Shown here in pieces: positions 1 through 11,745 of a DNA stretch of 64,000 bases. Source of the stretch: the human T2T-CHM13v2.0 reference genome, Homo sapiens; assembly GCF_009914755.1 (NCBI RefSeq), contig NC_060930.1. One strand, 5' to 3'. The notes beneath the pieces were generated by a model that saw only the letters and a program-made list of their open reading frames with translations, made no database searches and had not been told where the DNA came from. Position 1 is the first letter of the stretch, and each line of letters opens with the position of its first letter. A program made the translations under genes and the position numbers.

Positions 1-171
1 ACTGCAACCTCCTCCTCCCGGGTTTAAGCAATTCTCCTGCCTCAGCCTCCCGAATAGCTGGGATTACAGGCACCTGCCACCACACCCAGCTAATTTTTTG
101 TATTTTTAGTAGAGATGGGGTTTTGCCATGTTGGCCAGGCTGGTCTCAAACTCCTGATCTCAGGTGATCCG
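1..171 (-). mobile_element. Alu (AluS-like), partial
   Basis: Antisense Alu text (cctgcctcagcctcccgaatagctgggattacagg...gtagagatggggttttgccatgttggccaggctgg). Cut by the window edge and lacking the Alu 5' end. Confidence 0.95.
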
Positions 172-365
172 GGAGAAAGATAAAACTTAAATCCTACTGT
201 CTGTTTTCAAGTGACAACAAACTTTTATTATGTTTCAGAATTTGGAAAACTTAGGTCTGCAAATAAGAAGTTTGTCATAACATCTAAGCATAAACACTCA
301 CCTTTATTGTTTAATAGAGCATCTGAGAATATTGATGAAAAATTATTCCACTTCTTACTTTGCAG

Positions 366-407
366 CAGCCAAAGCTTCTACCCCAAACAGAATGTCCCCT
401 GCTCTGG
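366..407 (+). other. Candidate small exon (42 nt; 39 nt with the NAGNAG acceptor at 369)
   Basis: Acceptor ttccacttcttactttgcag|cag and donor TGG|gtgagt at 408. Confidence 0.55.
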
Positions 408-721
408 GTGAGTTTATAGCTTCTTCTTTTCTGTTTTGTATAAATTCCAACTTGTCAGGGATGCTTTCTCTCTGAACTTTCAAATTAATTGTTTCCCTCC
501 TTATCAGGTAGGTTTGATCTGAGGTGATTATGAACAGATTAGATTCTCCCAAAAGTTTAAAAAACAAACAAAAAATTACTTTGCAACAAAAACCAGGTTT
601 CCATTCATGGTTTTCTGAATCTACAAAAATTACTTTGGTACAGGCTGATCATTTAGGATATTTAAAATTGAATTTGAAGCTTTAAACTACTATTTCTTTA
701 TTCATCCATTCATTCACTCAG

Positions 722-782
722 CATACCTGTCTCCTGCTTTGTGACTGTTATCCTCCTTGTCCTGGTAAGTTCCTACCTCCTG
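722..782 (+). other. Candidate exon with tandem donors (ends 764 or 782)
   Basis: Acceptor ttcattcactcag|; donors CTG|gtaagt (765) and CTG|gtgagt (783). Confidence 0.4.
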
Positions 783-885
783 GTGAGTTCTGCTGCGTAA
801 AGTAGGGGCTGACTGCTTCAGCTGGACCAAAAACAGACCTCTGTTTCCTTTTTTCTTTTTCTATTTATAATTTTCTGCTTTGTAG

Positions 886-902
886 GAAGACTACAAGAAA
901 TG
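886..902 (+). other. Candidate 17-nt microexon
   Basis: Long pyrimidine tract 841-885 ending tttgtag|, purine-rich GAAGACTACAAGAAATG, weaker donor ATG|gtatat. Confidence 0.4.
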
Positions 903-1109
903 GTATATATGACTAGATGCTGCTTTTCCACAATAATAGGGGATCTTTGAAATCCTAGGAAACTGTCTTGTTTTCTAAATTGTGCCTTTTAAACACTTTA
1001 CCTGCAAGTCTTGTCTTCCTAAGTGTAGTATTAGCAAATAACAGTGGATATGTTTTTTTCTCTCTCTCTCTCTGTGTATCTGTGTATCTTCAGAGCTTTC
1101 GAATTTTAA

Positions 1110-1455
1110 AATAGTTTTATTAAGGTATAATTTATATATCATAAAATTTATCCATTATAACTATGCAGTTTGGTGATTTTTAAAGTAATTTCACACAGTG
1201 TGCAACCATCATCAGAATCCAGTTTGAGAACGTTTTCATTACTCCAAAAAGTTTCCTAATGCCATTTAGTGATCAGTCCCCACTACCACCCCTAGCTCCA
1301 GGCAACCATTGGTCCCCTTTCTGCCTCCATAAATTTGCCTTTTCTAGACATTACATATAAATAGAATCAGATAGTATATGGTTTTTTGTTTCTGGCTACT
1401 TTCATTGCGCATAATGTTTTTGAGGTTCATCCACGAAGTATATGTTAATATCAGT
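1110..1455 (-). mobile_element. L1M (L1MB/L1ME-type) 3' fragment
   Basis: ttttattaaggtataatttatatatcataaaatttatcc...gcaaccatc...ttgccttttctagacattacatataaatagaatc resembles an antisense old L1 3' end. Confidence 0.8.
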
Positions 1456-1695
1456 TCCAGAGGGATTTAAAACAAATAAAAACAAAACTTTGAATTGTGG
1501 CAAATTTCACAATTAGACTAGTGTAAGTCACCCACAAGTACCTCACTCCCAGATTCAGTAATTATGAAGCCATGGTCAGTCTTACTCCCTCTTCCACCCA
1601 CTTTTCCTACTTCTTTGGGTTATTTTGAAGCTAGTGTTATTACTTTATAAATATTTTAATATATGCATTTGTACTTATCTCATTCTTTTCTATAG

Positions 1696-1734
1696 CTAAG
1701 GAGCAAAATACTTTGAGAACATGTGGCTACCTAG
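1696..1734 (+). other. Candidate small exon (39 nt)
   Basis: Acceptor ctcattcttttctatag| and donor TAG|gtaagg at 1735. Confidence 0.55.
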
Positions 1735-1993
1735 GTAAGGGGGAAGGTAAGAGAACTAAACATTAAATTAAAATATAAAATTCTTGCTATGTTTAAGGCA
1801 CTACATATGACAATCTGGGATATAATGATGTATAAATCTTATATATCTGCTAGGTCTGTAATATATAATTATAGTACTTAATTCAAACATCAGTCTGTGC
1901 AGATAATAGATTTCCCTTTATATATATATATTTTTTTTTACCTTGTTTATATTTTGCTTTTATTCTAAATGCCAAGTTTTGTTTTGTTTTAAG

Positions 1994-2105
1994 GGTAGAG
2001 AGAGATGTGTTATAGAGAATGATGTGAAGTGTTCTCTTGAAACCTGCTATGCAGAGAAGTGAACACGGATAATTTCAAATTTGCTAATCTGAAATTGTGA
2101 CCAAG
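1994..2105 (+). other. Candidate exon (112 nt, stops in all three frames)
   Basis: Acceptor ttttgttttgttttaag| and donor AAG|gtgaga at 2106. Confidence 0.5.
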
Positions 2106-2314
2106 GTGAGAATACAATCCGGTCATTGTTTCTGTTGATTTGGGAGCCCAGTTTGCTATGGATTAGATGGATTCTTTGAATTAGAATAAGCAAGGAGAAA
2201 TAAGCTCCTGAATAGCTTTGTGGACCATTCATTAATGTTTTCATAATTATTGAGTATGAGATATGTGCCAGCTTCTTTGCAGAATGTGAGCACAATTGGA
2301 TGAAGATTCCTGAG

Positions 2315-2803
2315 GTAGATGCTTGAGGTTGGCTTTCTCAGGGCCCATTCCCAACCACTCTCTCACTTGCCTTCCTCTACTGTTGAGACTGGAAATCTCA
2401 ATGTTCAATTTTCCTAACCACCTTCCAGCCAGGAGTGGTTATGTGATATAGTTTGGCCAAGCACAAGTCTGTAGGGAAAGGTCTCCCTTCCTGAATAAAA
2501 AGACATATCTAAGGTAGAAAAAGACTTTGCCTTCTTCCTGTCTGGACCTGGATGTAACACCCGGATGTAGAGCAGCCTTTTTGAAAACATGAGGTGACAT
2601 AAGGATAAAAGCCATCACATTAAGGCTGGCAAAATTTAGAAATAAAAGGAGCCTAAGTTTCTGAGGGTAATGGTAAACTGTCACCAACTGTAGACTGCCT
2701 TCTCCAGGACTTATTCATATGGGCGAAAAAGAAGCCTCTATTTTGTGAGGCCTGGTGAGCCTGCTTTTTTGTTACTTGCAGCTGATTACATGCTTCATTG
2801 ATA
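2315..2803 (+). mobile_element. MaLR LTR (old MLT1 type)
   Basis: tggttatgtgatatagtttggccaa, gcagcctttttgaaaacatgagg and a 3' end ttgttacttgcagctga...tgatac. Confidence 0.65.
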
Positions 2804-2924
2804 CTTATGTGTTTGTCACCTTTTTGCCACCTCAGAGCACTGTCACGCCTGATGCCATTCTGGTCTAGTCATCTAGTCATGGACTTGAGGAATTTTAGGG
2901 ATAGGAAGTCCTAGACATTATCTA

Positions 2925-3095
2925 GTTTAACGTTTCTCAACCAGTGGGTTGGGGTCGCAGTGCTGGGGGGAGGGTGCTACTGTTATTTAGCACCTGCAGG
3001 CCAGGGGTGCCAATAGCTTGTATTGTGTGAGACAGTGCCGTACCACAAATGTTCCTGTTCACAATACCAGTTCATAATGCATGGTAAGAAACGTT
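2925..3095. mobile_element. hAT MITE remnant (MER20-like)
   Basis: TIR-like ends gtttctcaacc...ggtaagaaac and internal gggtgctactgttatttag...aggccagggg. Confidence 0.5.
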
Positions 3096-3721
3096 AGTCT
3101 GCTTCCGTGATTTAGTCCTACACAGAGCAAGCCACCCAGGGCTCTTGAGACACTGCTGTACTGACTTGGACAACCTAAACACCCTCACGGTCCCCTTTCC
3201 CTGCTGCTCCTCAGTTTAGCCTGTCTTCCCTTTCAACTCTGTTATGATGCCCACTTTGATTCCTCAAGACTTCAGCATCAAAACAGCATTCCAAACAGAA
3301 GACAAATGCACTGCAAACCAAAGAGTAATGGAGACAAAAAGCATGAAATGCCCACTGAAATCCCTAAAGCCTCTATAAAATCGTACTCTGAAAAGCCTCC
3401 GAGGCATCTGGGCTTATAATTTGTTCACTGTCTCTCCAGATTCCATCACACCCCAGTTTTATGAGGCCTGGGCTTGGGGTGATGTGAATGGTCACCTTTC
3501 CCACCTCTGGTGGCTCTTTTATCTTGCTCCAGTTGATGACCTTGATGCTTCTAGAGGAAGGAAGCAGAGGCTTCTGTCACTGAGACAGCTTCTGGTCACT
3601 TGAGCAACACAGGGGCTAAGTTCTAGAGCTCCCAGCCCTGCCTCCCAGGAGAGAGCCACAGATCACTCACTCTCCTTTTTTTCTTCCCCTTTACTTGGAG
3701 GTGGAATTCCAAGCAGAGAAG

Positions 3722-3811
3722 CCAGAGGCTGCCTGTGCTGTGATATTGAAGATAGAAATACTACCCTGAAGTTCCTGGCATGAAAAATATCACAGTACAG
3801 GCAGCCTCTGG
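3722..3811. repeat. 26-bp inverted repeat (hairpin) with 38-nt spacer
   Basis: 3722-3747 ccagaggctgcctgtgctgtgatatt vs 3786-3811 aatatcacagtacaggcagcctctgg: 25/26 complementary, the mismatch being G-U on the + strand RNA. Confidence 0.95.
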
Positions 3812-5767
3812 AAATGGAATGAATATACCATGGTTAGAAAAATGCATCAGGCTGCAAAATTTTCACCAGGCAGTCCTACTATTAATAATGTCATATGATA
3901 TATTTTTTAATAAAGCAATACATTAAAAAACGAATAGTAACTGGAATTGAAAAAGTCCTGGCTGTATCACCAGATGTGTCTTCTTCAGTAAGCCATTGAA
4001 TTTCTGAGAGTTCTCAGAAATCGTGTAATGGGGGAAGAGCCTAACGCCCTCCTCCCAGGTCCCTAATCTCCCAGGAGATTAAAGGGGCTGTGGGATGGGA
4101 AAGCACTTTGGAAATTGTAAATAGCTACAACAAAGTTAATTGCTATTCTCATTAGAGCTATGAGGCTTTTAGTGGCTTTAGGCATTAATAATAGATGAGC
4201 TAGCATCCAGGACTGTGGGCCGTAGTTTTAAGTTTCTGTTGATTCTTGTTGTATTTTGATTTATTAGGTCCAACTTAATCTATTTCAGGCCAAGGCAATG
4301 GGTTGTGAGCTGAGTAAATAATAAAGATAATGTGATGCACTTAACACAGTCAGAAGAGGACTGTCCCCAATTAGTCTTTTTTTTTTTTTTTTTTTTCTAG
4401 CACAGAAAAAAGCACAGCTCTTACTGTATCTGAAAGACACTTTGGTAGGAATGCTCATCAAGACGGGGCTTGCACCTGAGGCCATTTCTTAGGAGTAGCT
4501 TTTGCCTGCATCATAATTTCAGAACATGTGATACTTGGGATGCTTTTCGTCATTGAGGTTTACTTGTCTTTATATGGAACATAATTTGTACCTGCAAAAT
4601 CAAGACTTAACGATTAATTGTTTTCCCTTATGGAAGCCTAAGGCTTGTTTCTACGTATTTCCAGGGTTTTGTTCTTTAAGGAACACATGCTTATGAAAAA
4701 ACACAAATACTTTCAGCAAAAAGTCTTCTGTGTCTCCCTTCCTCAAGTTGAGCTTGGAGTCAGTGGAGCTCTGATCTGCATTTGCATTTGAGAGGGATGC
4801 CTTCTTGGCAAATACAGCATGCCAGATATGTCAGTATTGGGTTGCTTGGAACTCCTTAAGCTTACTTAAACATTCTTTAGAAACACATTCCTTTGAAGAG
4901 CTCAGCAGAGCTCCCAGCCACGAGAATGCTAGGCTTATTCACAGCGTGGCTTTTACTCTCTGTAACTAATCCACAGCACATCTCTCTGGAAGGAAGCAAA
5001 ATTTAGCAAGTTGCCTGTTGATTGTGTACCATACAGTATTTTTGCATTAAAGAAAACTACTTATTTCAGATACCTGGGGAGGGGCTTTATGGATAACATC
5101 CATGTGGAGATGCTTGAAAATACTGTTTGTTACACCAAAGTGAATGGGTGTTTTGTGCTTGTGTGATGCAGTAACTATGATTCTTATTTCATTTATTTCT
5201 CATTTAGAAGGTGTCGTGGTGCTAAGTCTCTGATACAAGGAGTTATCTTAAAAAAAAAAAGGCAGTGACTTGAACTGAGTGGTAGGAATAATAATATGTC
5301 CCATCTCATCACCTCCCCACAGGATTTATGTGTTCTTTTAATGGGTCTGGTTTGTGGATCGTTTCACCTTCATTGGTTTCCAGCTGAAAGTGCTGGTGGG
5401 CAGCTGCTGCAGATGATTAACACTTTCACCTAGCCTCCCATATTCTTATTGTTAACATTAAATTACACTTGCCTTAAATCTCTTTTTATTCAGTTTCTTC
5501 ATTGGTTGTTAGATGTTTGTAACTTTTTTCCCCCAAGGTCCACCATGTTTCTTCATAGCAACCATGGTAATTATTAGGATAGTAGGCATATCTGGGGTTT
5601 ACACTGCCTGTTTATTTGAAAAATATTTTTTCAGTTTCAGGTATATAGTTATTTCAAATAATGTAACATTGCCATACTTAACGTAACTATAATAAAAATA
5701 ACTTAACCATAATTATCTCATGCAGAATAATCATTTGAACATTCCAAAGGTGATATAAAGAGAAATA

Positions 5768-5897
5768 GACTGGGCATGGTGTCTCATGCTTGTAATCCTA
5801 GCACTTTGGGAGGCTGAAGCAGGTGGATCGCTTGAGCCCAGGAGTTCGAGACCAGCCTGGGCAAGGTGGCGAAACCATGACGAACCTTTATTTAAAA
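5768..5897 (+). mobile_element. FLAM / Alu left monomer
   Basis: gactgggcatggtgtctcatgcttgtaatcctagcactttggg...gagaccagcctgggc then A-rich tail; no right arm. Confidence 0.85.
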
Positions 5898-6854
5898 AAC
5901 ATGGCAAAGCGTTATTATTTAAAAAAAAAAGGATAAAGGGAAATAGGTCCAAATCCCTATCTACTAAAAGCTTACAGCCTAGTCTTATTTATTTTTTAGA
6001 AGAGTCTGGGCCAATGAATACTTTTTAAAAAGTTGGCTTTTAAAGCATATGCAGATTTGATCCTTGCTTTCCTTACCTGACGGGACCCTTTTTGAGCTTT
6101 TGGCTATTGTCAAGAAAATATAGCAATTAAATCCCATTATGATAATAGCTATGGAAATGTAGTACTTACAGTGGCAGGTACTATTCTAAGTGTTATTTAT
6201 GTTAATTGATTTAAATTTAAAAATACAGAGATCTTCACTTAGGGTATGACAAGATAAATTTTATTCCACCAAGGGGACTGGGGTGTGGAGGTGGGGGTTG
6301 GCTGGTTCTAACAGGATTTCCCCCATCCTTTGCTGCAGCTGCTTCTATTTCTATATAACTCTGGGCTGTAACCCCTCCACCACACCCTCTGCACCCTCCC
6401 TATAGTGCTGCCCCTTCCAATGTCTCTTTCATCCTGCAGGCAGCAGGGTTCTTGGCTTGGACTCACACAGTTCTTTCAGCCAGAACCAGAGGTAATCTGC
6501 AGAAGCTATAATATCTCACTGAGGTTAGTAATTGGAAAAAACTACTGAACTCTCAGGCTGTGATGAGCTTTTTGCATTAGGCTAGTGGGTGGGTCTGATG
6601 CTTTTTGGCTGCTGGGGTGATCAAGGAAGGATTGAAAGAGAAAGACGAGAGTCCTCAGAAATGGGGTCCCACTGCTTCTAAGGTTGTGCACATTAGGAAG
6701 TCGTGATTAGGCCAGTGCCTAATGTTACCTCTCTTGGGCAGAGAGGACAGAAAGCCATTAGAGGACAGAAGGCCATTGGTTCGGGTGTTTATTTTATGCC
6801 TGCTGCATCTCATAAAGCCCCTGGGCTGTAGAAGGAGAGTTTAGGTTGCTCTGG

Positions 6855-7750
6855 ACAGAGTATGGGCTTCTGAGTCAGAGGGAACTTGAGTTTGGCCCCT
6901 TGTACTGCTTACTATGTGTGTAGACGTGGGCAAGTTACCTAATCCCCTACATTCTTCATCTTGTCATCAAATTCAATAAATATTAAGTGCCTGCTATATG
7001 TGGCTGATATAGGCTTGAACAAAACAAGTTCTATTCTCAAGGAGCCAGAGAGGGTGACAAATGGTAAACAAAATAAATTAATACATTATATAGATGGCAA
7101 TAAGTGCTAAGACTGCAGTTTTAAATAGGGTAGTCAGAGAAGGCATCACTGATTAGGTAACATTTGTACAAACACTTGTAGGCCCTAAGGGAGAAGCCTG
7201 TTTCACTAGCTGGTGATAAGAGCATTCCTTGTAGAGGGACCATAGTGCAAGGCCTTGAGGCAGGGGTGTGCCTGGTGTGTTGGTAGAGGAGCAAGGAGGC
7301 TGGTGTGGCCAGAGCAGAATGAGCCAAGGGAGCAGGAGGTGATGTAATCGGAGAGGTAAGTGGGGAGCAGACGCTGGAGGACTTTGGAGACCATTGTCCA
7401 GACCTGGGCGCTTATTCTGGGTAAAATGAGAAGCCACAGTGGTAGTGAGGGAGAGGGTGTTTGAGTAGAAAAGTGACAAGGTCTGACCTGAGGTTTAAAG
7501 GATCACCTTGGCAGTTGTATTGAGATAGTGTGGGGGGCGGGGGGTGGGGGGGAAGGAAGAACGGAAACAGAAAGACCAGGCACGGGGCTGTTCAGCATCC
7601 ACGTGAGAGGTGATGGAGGCCTGCATCAAGATGGGAGTGGTAAACGAGGGAGAATGATCGTATCCATTTAATAATAACCAGCTGATGGGATGCTGTGAGG
7701 TTAAATGGGATGCGTAGGGAACGTGGGTTTGTAGGTTCTCCATAGAGGGT
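6855..7750. mobile_element. MIR fragment followed by an L2 3' region
   Basis: MIR core (gtgggcaagttacctaatc) at ~6855-6965, then L2 motifs (taaatattaagtgcctgctatatgtg, aggaggctggtgtggccagagcaga, aaggatcaccttggc). Confidence 0.65.
7532..7552 (+). repeat. G-tract G6CG6TG7 (G-quadruplex potential)
   Basis: ggggggcggggggtggggggg read directly. Confidence 0.6.
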
Positions 7751-7790
7751 AGCTGCTGCTCTTATTATTGAGACTCTTGTTGTAGGACAG

Positions 7791-8108
7791 TCTCTCTCTC
7801 GCTCTCGCTCGCGCTCTCGCTCTTTTAGACAGGGTCTCGCTCGGTTGCCCAGGCTGGAGTGCAGTGGCACGATCATAGCTTATTGCACCCTTGAACTCCT
7901 GGGCTCAAGAGATCCTCTGCCTCAACTTCTTGAGTAGCTGGGATAAAGACATGTGCTACCCGCCTGGTTAAATTAAAAAAAAAAAAATTATAGCGATGTG
8001 GCCTTGCTATATTGACCAGGCTGGTCTCAAACTCCTGGACTCAAGCAATCCTCCTTTCTTGGCCTCCCAAAGTACTAGGATTATAAGTGTGAGCTACTCT
8101 GCCTGGCT
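7791..8108 (-). mobile_element. AluJ with a (CT)/(CTCG) microsatellite in its tail
   Basis: agacagggtctcgctcggttgcccaggctggagtgcagtggcacgatcatagct; AluJ-type cttgaactcctgggctcaag. Confidence 0.9.
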
Positions 8109-9049
8109 GAAGGACGGTCTTGAAGTAAAGGAAACAAATTGGGAATTTGCCCATCCAGTCTGCAGCAGTAGTGTGGGGAATAGAACTTAGACGTGCTGGC
8201 TTTAAAGCAAATAGAGGGCTTCTTGCCTTTCCCTTTAATGAAAAATCTAAATCACTGTGCACCCACAGCCTGGAAATGCTCAATTAAATCGCATGCACGT
8301 CACAGAACTCCTGACATCACAGCTTCTTTTTTTGGCCCCACCTTATACCGTGTGAGCTTTAACTGTAAGTAGCGAGCTTGGTTTCCATGAGTCACATGTG
8401 TCCACAGGTAAGTTGTGTGGCTGATTGGCCCATTATGTCAATTTCAGATTAGCTTTTATGGTTTTAGTTTCCCTGTGTGTCCTCCCCTTGCCCTTTCTTC
8501 TCTGCAGGCAGAGTTGGTCTAATCCTGACCATCCTGGGGCTATGCTGGTTCTCCATTTCCTTACCCGGCATCTGTATTTCTGCCTTCTCCAGGGGCTGTC
8601 CTCCCGTATGCACCATCTGTGCAATTTCAGCACTTGCTACCCATCCTGAAGTGCTTAGAGATTGAGTAGTTGGAAAATAAACAGTGGAGGGATCATTGTA
8701 TTTTCATTTTTTAGTGTTCTTAAAAGATACAGGATTTCTGTTGTGAATAAGTAAGGGATCAGCATAGGAAACAGCAACTCCTCTAGGCATTTTAAGCAGA
8801 AGGAGACAGAATTGAGTGCTCACAGAATCACTGGCAGGGCTGGGCCCTCAGAGCAACTCCCAGAAGAGTGAAGATCTGGTCCTCTGGCAGGGCTGCCAAT
8901 TACAGGACATTAACTGGACCTGTAGGTTCAAGAATCCACTCTTTACTGGGTTCCAAAGTTCAGGAAGCCTGAACGGAGAAGGGTCTGCCACTACAGTGCC
9001 TCCTGGCACTCAAGAGAGTGGCCCTAGAGTGTGGTTACAGAAAACCCAC

Positions 9050-10154
<1,105 letters not shown>

Positions 10155-11489
10155 TAATTTTGCACAGGTGACTTTAGTTGGTTCGCATCCCGATCTCTAG
10201 CTGCAAGGTGTGGAGCCTGAAAAATGTAGTGTTTAACCTTCTGTCCTCTCCAACTAGGAGGCAGTTGAGGTGAGATTAAACAAGCCAATCCCTAGTCTGC
10301 CTCACCTCATGCTTGTCTGTGGTGAATACTGCAGGGGCCTCTTCTTCCATGTGTTGGCATTGGCCAGTGTTGAGGATTCCATATGCAATATAAATAAGAC
10401 TCTATGCTAAACACTGAATCCAACTGTCAATATTTTCCAAGCTTATCTCTAGTACAATACTGTGTGCTTTGTAACAGGGTAACTTTTATTATCAATTAAC
10501 ATTGTGATGACCACCTCTGATATCTGTAAAATAAACAAAGTAGGCTCCAATCACTGACAGGCAGATTTTGGTTTGTTTATATTTGAAGAAAATAATGGGT
10601 CTGTATTTCTGTTAAACACATAATTTTTTTTATGGTTCATATCATTACATAAAAAGACTGGGCTAGTTGCATTATTTATGTAAAAATATATTCTCAGTAT
10701 TTGATATGAACAGCAATTTTAGCATACTCTTCACTATAAAAATATGCAGGAGTGGATGTTAAGTATAGGTAAATAGCAAGGAAAGCACAAACCAGCATCA
10801 GCACTGGTCTTACCAGTCTGATTTCTCTGGAGTGCAGAATTACCCATTTGTTGCAGCTCTATGTTGAGCAATGTTCTGTAAAAGTTAATCAAGTGTCTTT
10901 AATCATTAGCTGATAAAGCAGCAGGGAATTAAGCTAGCCTAATTAGTTTGGGAACTAAATCAGACAGAACAAACAGAGCACGGGGTAGGACAAATGGATG
11001 TTTGGTGGCCTCATTGGAAGAAATAGGTTACCTTTGATATTATGGTAATTCCTTGTCATTCATGGGATTCCTGAGAAGTGCCCTTGCTGATAAAAACTGA
11101 AATTGGCAGATCAGTGTCTATTTCAAAATTGGGAGTTGGGATAAAATAAAGCAGCACATACACATCTAATCCTACTTTATATATACACATGTATACTATA
11201 AAATATATATAGTAAATGCTCCAAAGATAGCTGCTTCCAAAACAGACTATATTCCTTGGTAATTCTTTCAAATCATTTTATTTTATTGTTCAGGAAACTT
11301 TCCTGTAGCTGTGTCCTAGAATGATCCAGCTGCCAGTTTTATATTATGCAGCCTACACTTTTCCCCCCAAGTTTGATTATGAAAATGTTCATACATACAG
11401 CAAAGCTGACTTTTACAGTGAACACCTGTATACCTACCACCTGCATAAATTCTATATTTTATTAAGCTTGCTTTATCACCTAGATACCA

Positions 11490-11745
11490 CCTGTATTCAT
11501 TATTTATTGCTGTATAACAAATTACCCCAAACTTAGTACTTTATTTAAAACAATAAACATTTAGTATTCCGTACTGTTTTTGTGCGCCAGGAATCCAGGA
11601 GTGGCTGGGTGGTTCTGGCTCAAGGTCCCTTGTGAGGTTGCAGTCTAAGACATTGGCTAGGGCTGCAGTCTTCTGTGCTTTGATTGAGCCTGGACAATCT
11701 GCCTCCAGGAGGTCTCACCCACATGGCTGTTGGCTTGAACCTTAA
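11490..11745 (-). mobile_element. MLT1 LTR fragment
   Basis: tattgctgtataacaaattaccccaaacttag...ttctggctcaaggtcccttgtgaggttgcagtc. Confidence 0.75.

Noticed and set aside
720-838. H/ACA snoRNA (hairpin followed by ACA)
   Set aside because: No H box (ANANNA) and no convincing first hairpin.
2019-2094. Box C/D snoRNA (ATGATGT...CTGA)
   Set aside because: Box C is imperfect, there is no terminal stem, and it lies inside an exon candidate rather than an intron.
366-2105. Assigning a gene symbol to the exon cluster
   Set aside because: None of the spliced translations matches a protein or transcript I recognise; it needs a genome alignment.
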